Source: Camelus dromedarius (Eukaryota). Taken from it: 64,000 bases of DNA. The translations under genes and the position numbers were made by a program. Under the pieces are notes generated by a model. That model saw nothing but the letters and a program-made list of their open reading frames with translations. It was not told where the DNA came from and did not search any database. The stretch lies in the NCBI RefSeq assembly GCF_036321535.1, contig NC_087437.1, positions 88,786,001 to 88,850,000 on the forward strand, given 5' to 3'. Positions 51,190 through 64,000 of the stretch are shown piece after piece. Each line of letters begins with the position of its first letter. The stretch's first letter is position 1.

Positions 51190-51640
51190 TTCATTGACTT
51201 ACAAAGCAAGTGTTTATTAAGGTCCTTCTGTGTTCTGGGTAGTGGGACTATATCAGTGAACAGGAGCATCTAAGCTTATACACTTGTGGAGCTTTCTAGT
51301 GGAAGAGACAGGCTTCCACTATATATGCATTCCTATATATAAAAATACATATAATTATATATTATACATATATAATGAAATACAAGGTATTGTTTTACTT
51401 AGGATGATGATAGATGGTCTCTCTAAGACTATTACATTTGAGCACAGACCAGAAGGAAATAAGAGAGCTTCTCATCACACAAATTTCTAGGGAGAAATTA
51501 TTCAAGGCAAGGGGGAAAGCCAGTGCAAAGGCCCTGAGGAAGGACTGAACTTAAATATTCAATGAGAAACAAAAAATACTGGTGTGAGTGGAGACAAAAG
51601 AAGAGGCATAGGTAGAGATCAGAATTTTCAGAGCTTTGTA
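51190..51640 (-). mobile_element. L2 LINE 3' fragment
   Basis: TTTATTAAGG..GGAGCTTTCTAGTGGAAGAGACAG..ACATTTGAGCACAGACC..CCAGTGCAAAGGCCCTGAGG. Confidence 0.75.
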
Positions 51641-53105
51641 TGTCAGTTTAATTTATCAGAGTAGCCCAGGCAAACACAGCAAGCTCTTCAATTTCCATTT
51701 CTCCCTCTTCCACTGAGACTAGATATATTGTATCTAGTTATTGCACATCAATTTCCTCAATATTCAGAATAGTGGATTTCTATATGAAAAATATGGTATA
51801 AAAATGAATCAAATGGTTACATGATTAAAGTAGATGAACCAAGTTCATATCACGCACCCAGGATTAGAAAACCAAAAAAGTCCTTAATGGAGAATTTATT
51901 AGTAATAAATTATATGAAATCATTGGAGACAATTTTCTTATTTATAAAATAGGAGGGTTGAATTAAGTGATTGTTGAAATGTTGTCTCTGTGAAGTTTTG
52001 TGATTGCAAATATATTATTTACTTTCCCTTTGTGAACAGAACTTTGCCATAGTTGTTTCCAGTTATGAATTAGTGTTTTTAGATAAACAGATGTAACTTG
52101 GATAGGATTCATAGGAGAGCCACAGAATGCAGTTAAAGATTTAGAAAATAATATCTTAAAGAGGGCCATGATAAATTGAGATTCTCATGTCTAGTGGAGA
52201 GAGTTACTGTCAATTGCCAAAGCAACACAGGTTTGGATAATGCAGGCTTTGGATTGTGTTTGTTTTGGGTTCCAGTTTGGATCTTATCACTGCCTGGTTG
52301 CAGTGTGATCTTGGATTAATTACTTAAAAATCTCTCTGAGTTTAACTTCAGCTATAATATGTTTATTGATACCCATCTCCTAGGGTTATTATAAGATTTT
52401 TTTGATAATATATATGAATAATTTGACACAGGGCTTGATGCAAGGTGCTAACTGAAGGTCAGATGCCTTTTCTCTCTTCCTTAAGTAAGTTTCCACTCAC
52501 CTGGCACCTAGAAAACCAACCTTGGGTCCTTATTCAGAAACACTGTTTTCTGGAAGTTTCTATTCCTGGCAAAAACACAGTGTCTTGGACATAATAGGTA
52601 CTCAAGGTTATTGACAATGTTGATGGCCATGGCAATAATCTTTTATGAGGAGCTGCTGACCAGCTGTATTAAATTAAAGTGTCTAATTTATGACATGAGG
52701 TTTTTACAATGCTGCACAATTGCTACAGTATTTCAAAGGCATTTAAAACTGAATTATGTTTGACTGCAGAATATAATTCCACTGTAAATCTTTAGGCAAA
52801 TAATAAGAGTGTCAGCTGATGGAATATTGGTCATACTTTGAGTTTGTGTCTTGATGGAGTTAGGAAAGTCCTCTTTAGGTGTTTTACAGCTGTTAGGCAA
52901 ACAATTGACAGGAAATATTTGTACTCTATTCGACAGCATCACACCAGCTATTTCTCCCACTGTATCTTCTAACAGGGATTGAATAGAGCTTCTCAGTTAA
53001 GAAAACCTAATGAATCTGATTGTCTCCTTCACCCATGCAAATATAAGCATTGACTTCAAATATGTCTATTCATTGATCTCAGGGCCCAAATACTATTACA
53101 AAAAG

Positions 53106-53116
53106 TGTGTGTGTGT

Positions 53117-53147
<31 letters not shown>
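53106..53147. repeat. (TG)n microsatellite with one TA interruption, intron 2
   Basis: Read directly from the sequence. Confidence 0.95.
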
Positions 53148-53148
<1 letters not shown>

Positions 53149-56100
53149 AGGAAAAGGGAGTAGTTAAGTCAAGATACGTCACTGACTTTAAAAACTATGC
53201 TAAATGGTAAACTTGATATCTTTTTCCTTGCTATAGTTGCAAAGTAAATATTTTCTGCTTGATTGATCTACAGAGTGTCTGCTTGCAGCAACTCATTCTC
53301 ATAAGAAAGTCTTCTCAAAATGAGCAGAACTTAGACAGCAAAGAGGAGGAAGGGCAAGGAGGGCCTGTCTCCTGGGCTGGCTGAGACTGGGAAGGAGGGA
53401 GCTGGGCTCCATCTCTAGGAGGCACTGGAAGCCATCGCTGCTGGGAAGTTTAGAACAAACACGTGGGAGGGAAGTGAGGCCTGGTTTATCTCATCGTCCT
53501 GCCTCCAAGGAGTATGGGCATCTGACATCACCCCTTGAAACTCTTTCAGAGTCACAAGGTCCATTTTGAGCAACTCTAGAACAAAATAACTGGAGGGCAA
53601 TCTTTGAACATAATGGTGATGCTTAATTCCTAAGAGACAGAAAGCACTAGAACACATTGCATTTCACCTCTGACCCAATGATTTATTTTATGAACAAGAG
53701 GAAGGGAATTAAAATTATAGAGAAGGCCCCCTAGGTTGAGAATGGAGTAGCATTTTTTTCACTGAGGTTAATAAAAAGGTAAATATTATCTTTAATTTTT
53801 GATGTTTTAAATCAATATTTATTCTAAGAATATGTTTTCTGGAGATTTTTAAGATAAGACGGAGGTTCTACAACATTTTATTGGCCCATTTTTCCTTTTA
53901 ATATAGTTTTCATCTTTTTCAAAATAAGGTAATAAAATATGTAATTTTTAACTATATGTTGAATTTTCTCTTTCATAGATTACTTGCCCTTAGATTTTTT
54001 ATTCATAGGCATTGAGGGTTAATATAAAAAGTATCCCAGCTACTATGAAGTTGAAATAACTACTTGATGTTCCATGTTAAACTCTTATGTTTTCTAAGAC
54101 ATATTTCTGCTATAAATCACACAGTGAGATTACTGGATAGGCTCTGGATGGGTTTTATTGGACAATTGATTTTTTTCTTTTTTCTTTTTGTTGAGAAATA
54201 GGGTGTGTATGTGCAATATTTTTAAATCCCAAATGCAAACTGAACTAAAGTATATTTAGACTTTTTGTATATGTTAGGCTCAGTGTAAATATCATCCTAA
54301 TATCCAGTACCACTGAGCCCAAAGTCACCATGGAGTGTTAATATCACATAGTTCTGAATTGCGGAAAAGTAATATTGCATGGAAATAGCGTGTGCAGTTT
54401 TTCATAAGCTTTTTCATCCAAAAAATGTGGCTGTGATTAAACACTTGTAAGCAAAGAGTCATGTAATGAAAAAAATTTACATACATATGAAATAAGCATA
54501 CTGATTCCCAGTCATGAAATAAAGAGTATCATCTGTTTCTTTGTATCAAGAATTTCCTCTTTTAACAATCAAGATACCCAAACAGTGGTTTTAAAGTGTA
54601 GACTTATCCATAAACATATTTTCTACTCAATATCTTTTTTTTGAACATGTAGAATGCAACATTATTTTTGAAAAGGGCTGCATAGATCTCTGCAAAGTTT
54701 GTATTAATCTCAGAAGGCATGCCAACTGGGAAAATATTAAGTTGCTTCTAATTTTATTTTTCCCTGGAGCATTTTAAAGCTTTGTTCAGCTTCTATGGGG
54801 TGCATTTTTAAACATAGATTTCTACTCTCAATGATAATATGTTCATTAATCACAGTACATCATTAGTAGGAATAATATTTTTGGTAAGGAATCATTATTC
54901 ACATTTGTGCATGCATATCCAACATGCATAAGCATCTGTAAAATAAAATTGGGTCCATGTACATTCAAATGAAAAGAGACAAAAGGAAAGTACTCAGGGA
55001 ACTGACATATATTCTCTGTACTCTTGACATTTTAATGGGGGACATTAAAAAGGAGAACTCTATCTCTGGCACACACCTGTGGCTTGGGTTCAGCTGTTTT
55101 CACAATGAGATTCTGGCCCCATCAGAGATAAAAGTTATGAGTAGAATGAAGAGTTTGTTACCAAAGATGAAGATCTGTGAGAGGAAAGTGGCAGATTGGT
55201 TGTGGCAAAACTCCACTATGTGATATAAGGAGCCTCCATATACTCTTTGCAATGAGTTTTAAACTTTCAACATTGATAGATTTCACTGTGGGTATGGTAG
55301 AAATATTGTACACATGGCCATTGTCTATGGCAAATTACATTTTATTCCTATAGCTTACACAGTTTTCCTTCTTGTCATTAGCAGCTGTGTTTCACATGTG
55401 AAAGGAAGACAGTTCTTAAATAAAACATATTTGCCTCAATGCCAGTAAGCTTGAGTTAAGTGCTATTTTGATAGATTGTGATTGTCAACAAAACCAAGTC
55501 ATTCAAAGTTTGCCAGAACTGTTGGAAGGTTTGAAGAATAGGGTGGTGTTCCATCCTTCACCTCTTGAAGAACATCATCACCTAGATTTCCCCAAGTATT
55601 TTGACATCCATGGAGTTTCAGTGGTGGGGAGAGACTTGACCATGAGACACTGAATAGCTGTCTGAGCATAGGCTGAGTAGGGTGAATGACAGCTCTGGGG
55701 GAGGGCGGATGGGGAGAGTGTGGAAGAGCTTGTAGTGCTAATGCCGCAGCCTGCAGGGAAGCTGGAGAAAGGAAATAACTGAACACCATGGTGACTTCCT
55801 AATTATGTTAGTCACGTTACATATGTGGGGACTAAGTCAAGTTATCTATACTTTCCCTGAGGCAAGAAAACTGTGTCCTCCAAGTTTATGAAGTGAGAAC
55901 GTGGACAGGTCAGACTTTTACATGCTTTTCTTTCACAGGATTTAGGATAGCCTTCCTTCCATGGAAAGATCTAGCAAGGTTCTTTTATGGGGAATCCAGT
56001 ATAAAAATACTATTTTACTGCACATTTGTGACTAATGTCCTGAGCCACCTTATCTTTATCTATAGATTGAAATAAATCAGAGGACGCTGCACAGAATGGT

Positions 56101-56559
56101 TAGAAGTATAGGGCCACCAGATATTTGATTGGAAGATACTGAGCCCTGGAGAGGTCAGCAGGTCAAGTGGGGGTCCTACAATGGGATAGGGTAATTGCTG
56201 GCACTCACTCTCTGGCTAAGACTCCAGACCCCCAGGCCAGTGCTTCCCAGTTACTCTGCACTGCAGGCAACAGGCTATCCGTGGAGTTATCCATCTTTCT
56301 CAACACAGATCTGACTCTCCATCTCCCCCTGGATTTAAACCCTGCTAAACCTTTCTAAGCTCACTGGACCTCCTCAGGACAGCACCCACATTTAGAGCAC
56401 ACTGGCAAGGCCATACCCATCTGGGTCCTTCTGGACCAGAGTCTAACCATTTGCCACTACCTGCCCAATGAACTATTTTTTTGTCCCTCAAATACTACTT
56501 TGTGGGTGTATGTAATTTTTGGCCCTTTTAACATACTTTTTCATTAGCCTGAAAACACT

Positions 56560-56815
56560 CTTGTCCACCTCTTCACAAATAAAGCTAGCCCTACTCACTC
56601 TTTCAATTTGGCAAGTACTTTCTTAGGCAGCTTCGGTGCCCTCTCTGTTTCCCCTTGCGAGAGCACCAACCAAGTCACACTGCTCTGGTCTGTTTACTGA
56701 CCTGTCGCCTGCCAGGTTGTGATTAAAAGTGGCATCTCTCCTGTCATCCCTGATCGCCCCGTGTTTCATACATAGTAGGTCATCCATAAATATAACGACT
56801 GACTGAAGAAATTGA
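56560..56815 (+). mobile_element. L2 LINE 3' end
   Basis: CATAGTAGGTCATCCATAAATAT..GACTGACTGAA terminal pattern. Confidence 0.55.
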
Positions 56816-57044
56816 AATGAGGCAAAACTGGGGATTGGTTCATTCTCTTGCCTATTTAGCTCCAAGTGCTATTCTTTGATGTGATTTCCCCTTCCATCAA
56901 CATGTCCTCAAACCCATGACCCTTACTTGAATCTCCTCCACTTATGACTTCCACAGAGTCTCCACCAAATTCTGGATGTTCAGATTCTAGTTACAGGTGT
57001 TCTGTCTTGTGGCAAAGTTAGGAAGTGTCAGCTTTCCAGGTAGA

Positions 57045-57243
57045 CTCCTGGTCTTCAAAGCCCAGTCTCCCACCTGCCAGCTGTGAAGTCTGGGGTTTCT
57101 TCCCTGCCTCAATTTCCACATCTCTAAAATGGGGATAATAACAGTAACTCCTACCTCATAAGACCTGAGTAAGGATCCAATGAGATCATCCTTGAAAGGC
57201 CCCTGACCTACTGTTGGTCATTAAATGTGAACTATTATTATTT
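57045..57243 (+). mobile_element. MIR SINE
   Basis: TGCCTCAATTTCCACATCTCTAAAATGGGGATAATAACAGTA..CCTACCTCATA. Confidence 0.8.
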
Positions 57244-57795
57244 TCAGTCCAGAAACTCCCAGACTTCTACCAAAAATATAAGCTTGGAATACACTCTTCT
57301 TGATGGAAAATGAGAGTTGCCGAGCCTCATTAAGCATATCACTTCTCATTGTTACTTTTGGCATGAAAATGTTTAGTTTCAATGAAAACTGTCTTTGCCT
57401 TTAAAAGAAGTTGGTAAAAGTCATGCCCAACCTACCGGAATCACATCTACGGCATATGCTTTTTTTACCTGCGATGGATGTACCCACGACCTCTGCTCAG
57501 ACCTCATGGCAGCAAGACACAAAGGAGGAAACGAAGCTTTCCAGTCCCAGCCCTGCAAACCTCAGCCTAGACGGGACGACATAAGCTAAGCAAACAAAGG
57601 GGGGGACTCCTTCAGCACCTGGACCCTTGCGCCTTGTCTTGGCTCTGAAGCGCAGAGATTTACGGGTATCGATTTACCTCTGTGTGGGGAGAAAGTGCAG
57701 ACTAATTAGCCTGCTTGTGAAATATTGGACAAGTAAAGGCAAGTCTATCCCCGAACTGAGTCTTATGTAAATAATTTATTTTTCTGTCTTCTCAG

Positions 57796-58332
57796 ACAGC
57801 TCAGCTCTCTCCAGCCAGCGGAGTAGTTTCCCGACTTCCTTTTGGACCAGCTCTTACCAGCCCTCTCCTGCACCTTGTCTGGGGGGAGTTCATCCCGACT
57901 TCCAGGTCACCACGCCCCCTGGCACCTTTCCCGCCGCCGACCCCAGCCCCTGGGCAGGACACGGCCTGCATCAGACTGGCCCAGCCCCTCCCCCGCCCGT
58001 GTCCGAGTCCTGGCACTACCCTCTGGCATCTCAGGTGAGCCCATCCTACAGCCACGTGCATGACGTGTACCTGCGGCACCACCATCCGCACGCGCACATG
58101 CACCACCGCCACCACCACCACCACCACCACCACCACCACCCTTCTGCTGGCTCCGCCCTGGATCCGTCCTACGGGCCCCTGCTGATGCCATCAGTGCGCG
58201 CAGCCAGGATTCCTGCTCCCCCGTGTGACATCACAAAGACCGATCCGACTACAGCCACCACTGCTACCTCAGCGTGGGCCGGAGCCTTTCACGGAACCGT
58301 GGACTTAGTGCCAAGTGTGGGGTTTGATACAG
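57796..58332 (+). CDS. VGLL3: VGLL3 coding exon 3: Pro-rich region and His-rich tract (..DSSALSSQRSSFPTSFW..HHHHHHHHHH..VPSVGFDT)
   Basis: TTTCTGTCTTCTCAG acceptor; 537 nt open in the frame set by exon 2; G|GTGAGC donor; the CDS has no stop, so a terminal exon is needed downstream (not found in window). Confidence 0.96.
58110..58139 (+). repeat. VGLL3: Coding trinucleotide repeat (CAC)10, poly-His
   Basis: Read directly from the sequence. Confidence 0.95.
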
Positions 58333-59869
58333 GTGAGCCGAGCCGGAGGCTTTCCTCCTTTCCATAAAGAGAAGAAAAAGTAATGAAAGAAATGTGTACA
58401 AATGGAGGAGGTTTTAAATACTTGGAATTATTTTTTTTTCTCTGACAGGTAAAGTTGAGCTCTGCCCATATGTTTATAAAACTAACCGCTTTGCCATAAT
58501 TCCTGCATTCCGACAGAAACTGGCGTGACAACCTGAGAGAGGTCTCAGAACTTTTCTCCCATTTCTTCAGCGAGTAATCTGTTTCTTTGAACTGGAGGCT
58601 CTGGTACCTTATGTTTACAACGATTTAAGCACATTCTTTAAATCTTCGGTGTCTGTGTGCTCTCTATGTGTGATGGGTAATGCCTAACAGAATCAGAAAT
58701 AGGATGTTTCAGTAATTTTTCCTTCTCCCCTTTTTGTTGGGTCTTCTTTATGATTTATGAAACGAACTGCTTGGTGGAAAATAGTTCATGGAATAGAATC
58801 ATGGTCTTTGAAAAGAATTAGGAAACTTATTTTAAAGGAATGCATTTCTCTTCCCTTCCCTTCCTTTGCCTTTTGTTATTTTCCTCCCACTCTCAAAAGT
58901 TTATACTCAACAGATTTAGACAAATTTGGTAAGGGAAATATTTCTTCACAGAGCATTCAGCTCCTCTCTGGAATTCACTAACTCTGAGGGTCATGGTGTT
59001 AAATGTTTGAGCTTGGTTTTTGGACCAGATTGATCATATTAATAGTAGTAGTAGTTCTGAGTTCACAAAATCACAAGCATCAGAGTTTTAAAAAGACGAA
59101 TCAAGTCTCAGTGATTATATCCCCAAAATCTACATTCCAGAGTCAGCCACCTCCATCCACCTCCAACCCCAGGTTCTTTGCCTGGAACACTTTGTGACAG
59201 AGTAGGACTTTCTTTCTAGAAGTTTAAGGAAACTCACTCTTTTTTTCTTTCTTTGTTTCTTTTTAAATTTTTTCTTCTTTCTTTATTCTTGTGATGAGAA
59301 AACTCACTCTTTTCATAGTTTTTCTTAGTTTTATTCTTCATGTACAGGATCATTAATTTGAATGCTGGTTACAGCAGAGAAGCGTCCTGAAAGGGATCAG
59401 TTCTCAGCATCAAGTTGTGTTCACCCCATCAGAAGTGGAGCTTTTTTATCCTGGGTAACTGGTTCTCCGCTGAGCTTTCCAGTGTTGGCCACTGCCTAGC
59501 TTCACCCATTTCAGCTTTCTATTTTCATCTCTGGGTTCAAGCTGCTTTGCTAAACTCTCAGAGGACTTGGTTTTCCCTCTCTAGGAGGAGAGGATGTGAT
59601 GGGACTAACCCCCACAGGCTACCTCGTGCCATGAAATATGACTCTTCTTTTTTCATCTCTTTTTTTCTCCAACAATTAAAAATATAGAATCCAGTCTTTC
59701 ATTCTTAACCCACGGACAGTGGGCCTGATTTGGTCTACGGGCTACAGTTTGCTGACCTCTCGTACATATAATCCCATGCAAATAATTTTTATCTAGCTAC
59801 ACACAGACATGTGCATGTGTGTGCCTGGAAGTATATACCCCAACTCTTAATGGTCATTGCTCCGGATAA

Positions 59870-60098
59870 TTAGTGCACAACATATACTTTGAAGCTAGAC
59901 TGCCTGGTTTTAGAAGTCCAGCTCTGTCCCTTACTAGCTGCAGGACTTTGGGCAAATTATTTAGCTGGCTTGTTGCCTTGACTTTCTTATCTTTAAAAGA
60001 TGTCTCATTGAGTGGTTTTGAGGATTAAATGAGTTAATGAAGTAAAACATTTACAGATGTGCCTTGTGCAAAATAGGTACTTTATAAATTCTAGCTAT
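59870..60098 (+). mobile_element. MIR SINE
   Basis: GCTAGACTGCCTGG..CTTACTAGCTG..TTTGGGCAAATTATTTA..GAGGATTAAATGAGTTAAT. Confidence 0.8.
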
Positions 60099-60130
60099 GT
60101 AAGGGGAGGTGATCAGACCCTCACTTATCT

Positions 60131-60662
60131 TAGCTTTAAAAAGTTTGAGATATATTTCACTATCATACACTAATGCATTTGTAGCATGCAATTTAGTAGG
60201 TTTTAGTATATTGACAATATTCTATAAGCATCTCCGTTGTCTATCATAGACCATTTCCATCACCTCAACAAGAAATTGCATAGGTCTAAGGAGTCACTCC
60301 CAATCTCCTCCTCCACCTATGCAACCCACCTCTAATCTACTTTCCGCCTCTATGAATTTTTCTACTGTGAACATTTCCTATAAACAGAGCCACACAGTAT
60401 GTGGCCGTTTGTGTCTGCCTTCTTTCACTTAGCTTGTGTTTCCAAGATTCATCTGTGTAGCATGTATCAGAACTTCATTCCTTTTTAGGGGTGGATACTA
60501 TTCCCCTGTATGGCTAGCCCACATTTGGTTTATTCATTCATTAGTTGGTTTGTTTCTGCTTTTTGGCTAATAATCATCATGCTGTAATGAACGCTCATGT
60601 ACCAATTTGTGTGTGAACGTAGGTTTCCAGTTCTCTTGGGTGTGTACCAAGCAGGATTATGG
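60131..60662 (-). mobile_element. Older L1 3' end (L1MB-type) in intron 3
   Basis: TTGAGATATATTTCAC..CTAATCTACTTTC..CTTCTTTCACTTAGC..GTAGCATGTATCAGAACTTCATTCCTTTT. Confidence 0.85.
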
Positions 60663-60859
60663 AGTTGAGAGAACCTCACTTTTTATTTTGCATACCTCTC
60701 TAGCTCTTAAAAATATTTCAAAGAGCATTGACTCTATCTGTAATTAATTTTTAAAAGTTGACTACAGAATATGGTAATAGAGTAATAGAATAGAGTTCTG
60801 AGGTTTGGTAGGCAAAAATCCTTCTACAAGAGTGAAGTGAGACAGTCCATCTTTTCTGA

Positions 60860-60999
60860 AGGGCCCAAACTGGGGTGAGGAGAGTAAGGTGCCTCCGCAC
60901 AAAATTTAAAGAGAGACTCACTTTCCGGGGTGTGCAAGTACATACCTCCTTAAATTTTGCTCCCAGAATGCCATGCGCACCTCGCCTGTCCTGGCCCTA
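60860..60999. mobile_element. MER96-like palindromic hAT element
   Basis: AGGGCC..GGGTGAGG..CAAAATTTAA / TTAAATTTTG..CCTGGCCCT inverted arms. Confidence 0.75.
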
Positions 61000-63900
61000 C
61001 TTTCCTGCCATGCCTGGTTTGCCATCACTCACGACTCTGTCTGTTGAATGGATACTACATACAGAGCCCTTGGAATGGTCAGTGTGTTGATATGATTGTA
61101 GGGCATCTGTATCTGCCCTCCTTGGGAAAATACCCATTTTTTACCAAAAGGCTATTATCAAAATCCCACATAACACTTTCCCCTCTCCTTAAAAGCAGTC
61201 ACAAAACTGGGTTCTGTTGGTTCCATGGGAACAATAGTTCCGGAATGTGGTAAGAGGAGCTTAACTGAAAACCAAAGAAGTCTATGGTGAAGTGAATCTG
61301 TTAATGTTGTCAGCTAGGTACATCTCTTTGAGATCAGAATTCACTTTAGCATATAAAAGGCTATTATGTATTCTTTAGTAAAGAAACATGTTACAATTTG
61401 CTTAATAGGAGATTTTTCAATCTTATTTTCTTTGGGGCACATTTTGTTTTTAGCATACTTATTAACTTCTCATGCAATGCGCTTTGGGAACTGTTTTGTA
61501 CCCGTTTTTTTCACCATAATAAAAGCTGTGTAGGTTCCAACTTCTGTCAGTAACTTTCACCGAACATTTAGCTGTTGTAAGAGGAATCCTTAGGAAGGGT
61601 AGGTGGGGCTGAAGATAATACCTGGAAGGGTGAGCTGAAGAAGGGAGGACCCAGGATATGGAAGATTAACTTCAGGAATCTCAGAGTATTGTACAGGGCC
61701 CCTTTGCATGTTAGGAAGAAAAGAGTTAAATGTGGAAATATTTCTGGTTGTGATATACTGTATTACTAGATATGCATCAATGAATGCAAGACTGTGTCTT
61801 TTCTTATCGCACTCAGATTTTTTCATGATGACGTTCAGTAAATTCTGACCTACAATTCATCTGTCAGTGGCCATAACTAAAAAAAAATGTATCTTGTGGA
61901 AATGCTGTCATTCTTATTTCCTGTTATTACCACTAATCTACCTAATGTAGGACATACAATGTTGCATATCCCAGCCAGTTTGAATTAATTTTTCAAGTGA
62001 AGATTTGTTAATGAGGCCTTTTTACTGAAATACAAAGTTGACTTTATTTATAACTTCCATTTTACCCACTATATTTAAATTTACCAAACGGAAAAGGAGT
62101 CATGTTTTGTGGTGTGACTTTTTTTCTATAAACACAAGCTGCTCATGGCTTGAGGTTGTTTTCATCTCTAGATCCACAGATTTATTTTTCTTAGGATCCC
62201 TCATGTTATTTTAGCTCCAATTTTGTTATAAATTTATTTTTATTTTTACTTTGAGGAATGTTTCAATAACTCAATATACAATATAGATAAACAGCTTAGA
62301 GTTGAGGTATACATGTTCTTTTTGCTTAGATACATTTAGGTAGCCTAAAATTGAAAAACAAACAATTTTCTCCACTGTATCACAGCTTCAAGAAATCTAG
62401 GGCTGAAAGGGAATTAACATATGTTGATGTATCTTCTGGTTTCTCAAAAAAATTATCATATAAGCATTAACCATACATTTGCTTAAGTAGTAGATTCAAT
62501 GAGTGAATCACTGTATGATTCTGCCCCAGTGTATGATTATAGCCAGTTATCAAACATCATCTGGTTCATCTCTCACTAATGAACATATCTTCTGATATTG
62601 GGGAAATCAAGATTATGTATCATAGAATGGGGCATAGAGAAGAACTAAACTACGATAGCTCATAGGTCTAAAAATTATTTGCTAAATGAAGGTTGTGAAA
62701 TTTCCCGTAGGCTCAGGAAGCTGTATTTCTAGTATTCTCTCAATGTTGAGGCATACGCTGAATTACTTCTGAAGAGACTTGAGCTTTATTAACCTGCAAG
62801 TAGAAATACTCTGTGAAGAAATCTGGAAAAACTGTTTCTGAGCTCTTAAATTTGAAAGTGAATAGGGAGCCCTGGGCAACACTAGGGAAGTTAGGAGCCT
62901 ACCAGTGTCCTTCGTATCTATTGTTTTTTCTTCATAGACGTTTTGTGTCTGATAATAGAGAAGTAGAATCACCTTAAATGATTTTCTGAATTTGTAATGG
63001 TATAAGGCCTGTAAACCATCTATCTATCTATCTATCCAAATCTGGTTTAATCTGAATTTCTAATCTGAATGTTTTGTGAAGGGACATCATTCATAAGTGA
63101 CAAAAACTATATTTTAGTGCAATCCAAGTTGTAATTATTATTGCTCAAAATTATTTTTAAAAGTTCCCTTTGAAAAATTTTAAAGATCTTTTTGAAATAG
63201 GTGAATTAAACTACTTCATTAATTAAGATCATTGTGGTCAGTCTTGCTTCATATGATGTGGATATTTTATATTGAAATCCATTAGAAACATAAATATCTT
63301 TGTTTATCATATACAGGAAATAAAAGAGCAGGGTGACAAACAGCTAATGTACTAGAGCAGCAAATGGAGAGGCAGTTCCTCTCCATGAAAGGGAGATGGA
63401 CATCAGGTTAGCACTTGCTTTTCCATCCAAACTGTAAGCTGCCATTTCTCCAGGTCACATCTCAAGACCCATGCTTTCTTGTCGGTGGTCTGGTGGTGAC
63501 AAGCCCGGGCAAAACACAGGCATGAGAGTTCTCAGAATAACCTTGCTAAACTATTTTAACATCTTTGTTTTTTTAATGTTGCTAATTTTGGAATTTTATT
63601 TGGAGTACAAAGGGTATTAAAATCGTGGAACTTCACATACAATGACTTCTTAGAAATTGTTCCTCTCTCTCAGCATATACATATACAAAAAGAGACTAAG
63701 GGAAACCAAGAGTTACCAACCTAAGGTAATTGAATATTTACTTGATAACATGATTCTCCAATTCCAGGCTTTATCATGAAAGAGAGATATGGTAAATTTG
63801 GAGAGAAATCATCGAGAGCTGCAGTAATAATTAACAGGAAAATATGAGTTGTATAAAATATTAAGGCTCCAAGATATTTCCATCATAGAGAAGAGAGCAC

Positions 63901-64000
63901 ATCAAAGTAACATATGTGATAGACGCTCAGCTACAAGCACTTTTCCTCCTTTCCACTTCCACATCCTTTCTCCTGGAACATAAATGCTAGTCATTTAATA

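Noticed and set aside
57801..58191. Antisense poly-Val and poly-Gly ORFs
   Set aside because: Shadows of the VGLL3 (CAC)n tract; the same applies to the poly-Ser ORF at 48900-49115
58333..64000. Terminal VGLL3 coding exon (recalled as GLQHQDKSKE..WY-stop)
   Set aside because: No matching acceptor plus peptide found by eye; TCAGCATCAAG near 59404 does not continue correctly; probably beyond the window
1..64000. Prokaryote-type systems (CRISPR arrays, operons, IS elements) or mitochondrial insertions
   Set aside because: No regularly spaced repeats, dense gene arrays or mtDNA-like sequence noticed; the window is intron-containing mammalian DNA

Overview
Mammalian (eukaryotic) genomic DNA, most likely camelid (alpaca/llama/camel), judged by three Vic-1-like tRNA-derived SINEs and young L1 3' ends. 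It holds about 36 kb of repeat-rich upstream sequence, then the CpG-island promoter and first three coding exons of VGLL3 (vestigial-like family member 3, a TEAD co-factor) on the + strand: 37150-37275, 48955-49243 and 57796-58332. The short last coding exon was not found and presumably lies beyond the window. Other long ORFs in the track are L1 ORF2 remnants, GC-rich shadows or noise. I found no convincing wholly new biological system. The best second-look items are a 5' leader with several uORFs plus an in-frame, strong-context GTG that could give a 109-aa N-terminal extension; pure coding (GAG)n and (CAC)n tracts; a tandem in-frame acceptor at exon 2; a -/+/- cluster of three TSD-flanked L1s, one lacking its RT region; relics of rare ancient MamSINE1/MamRTE1-like elements; and candidate TEAD/AP-1/GATA enhancers. 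Repeat family names come from remembered consensus sequences, not a database search, and boundaries of old repeats are approximate.
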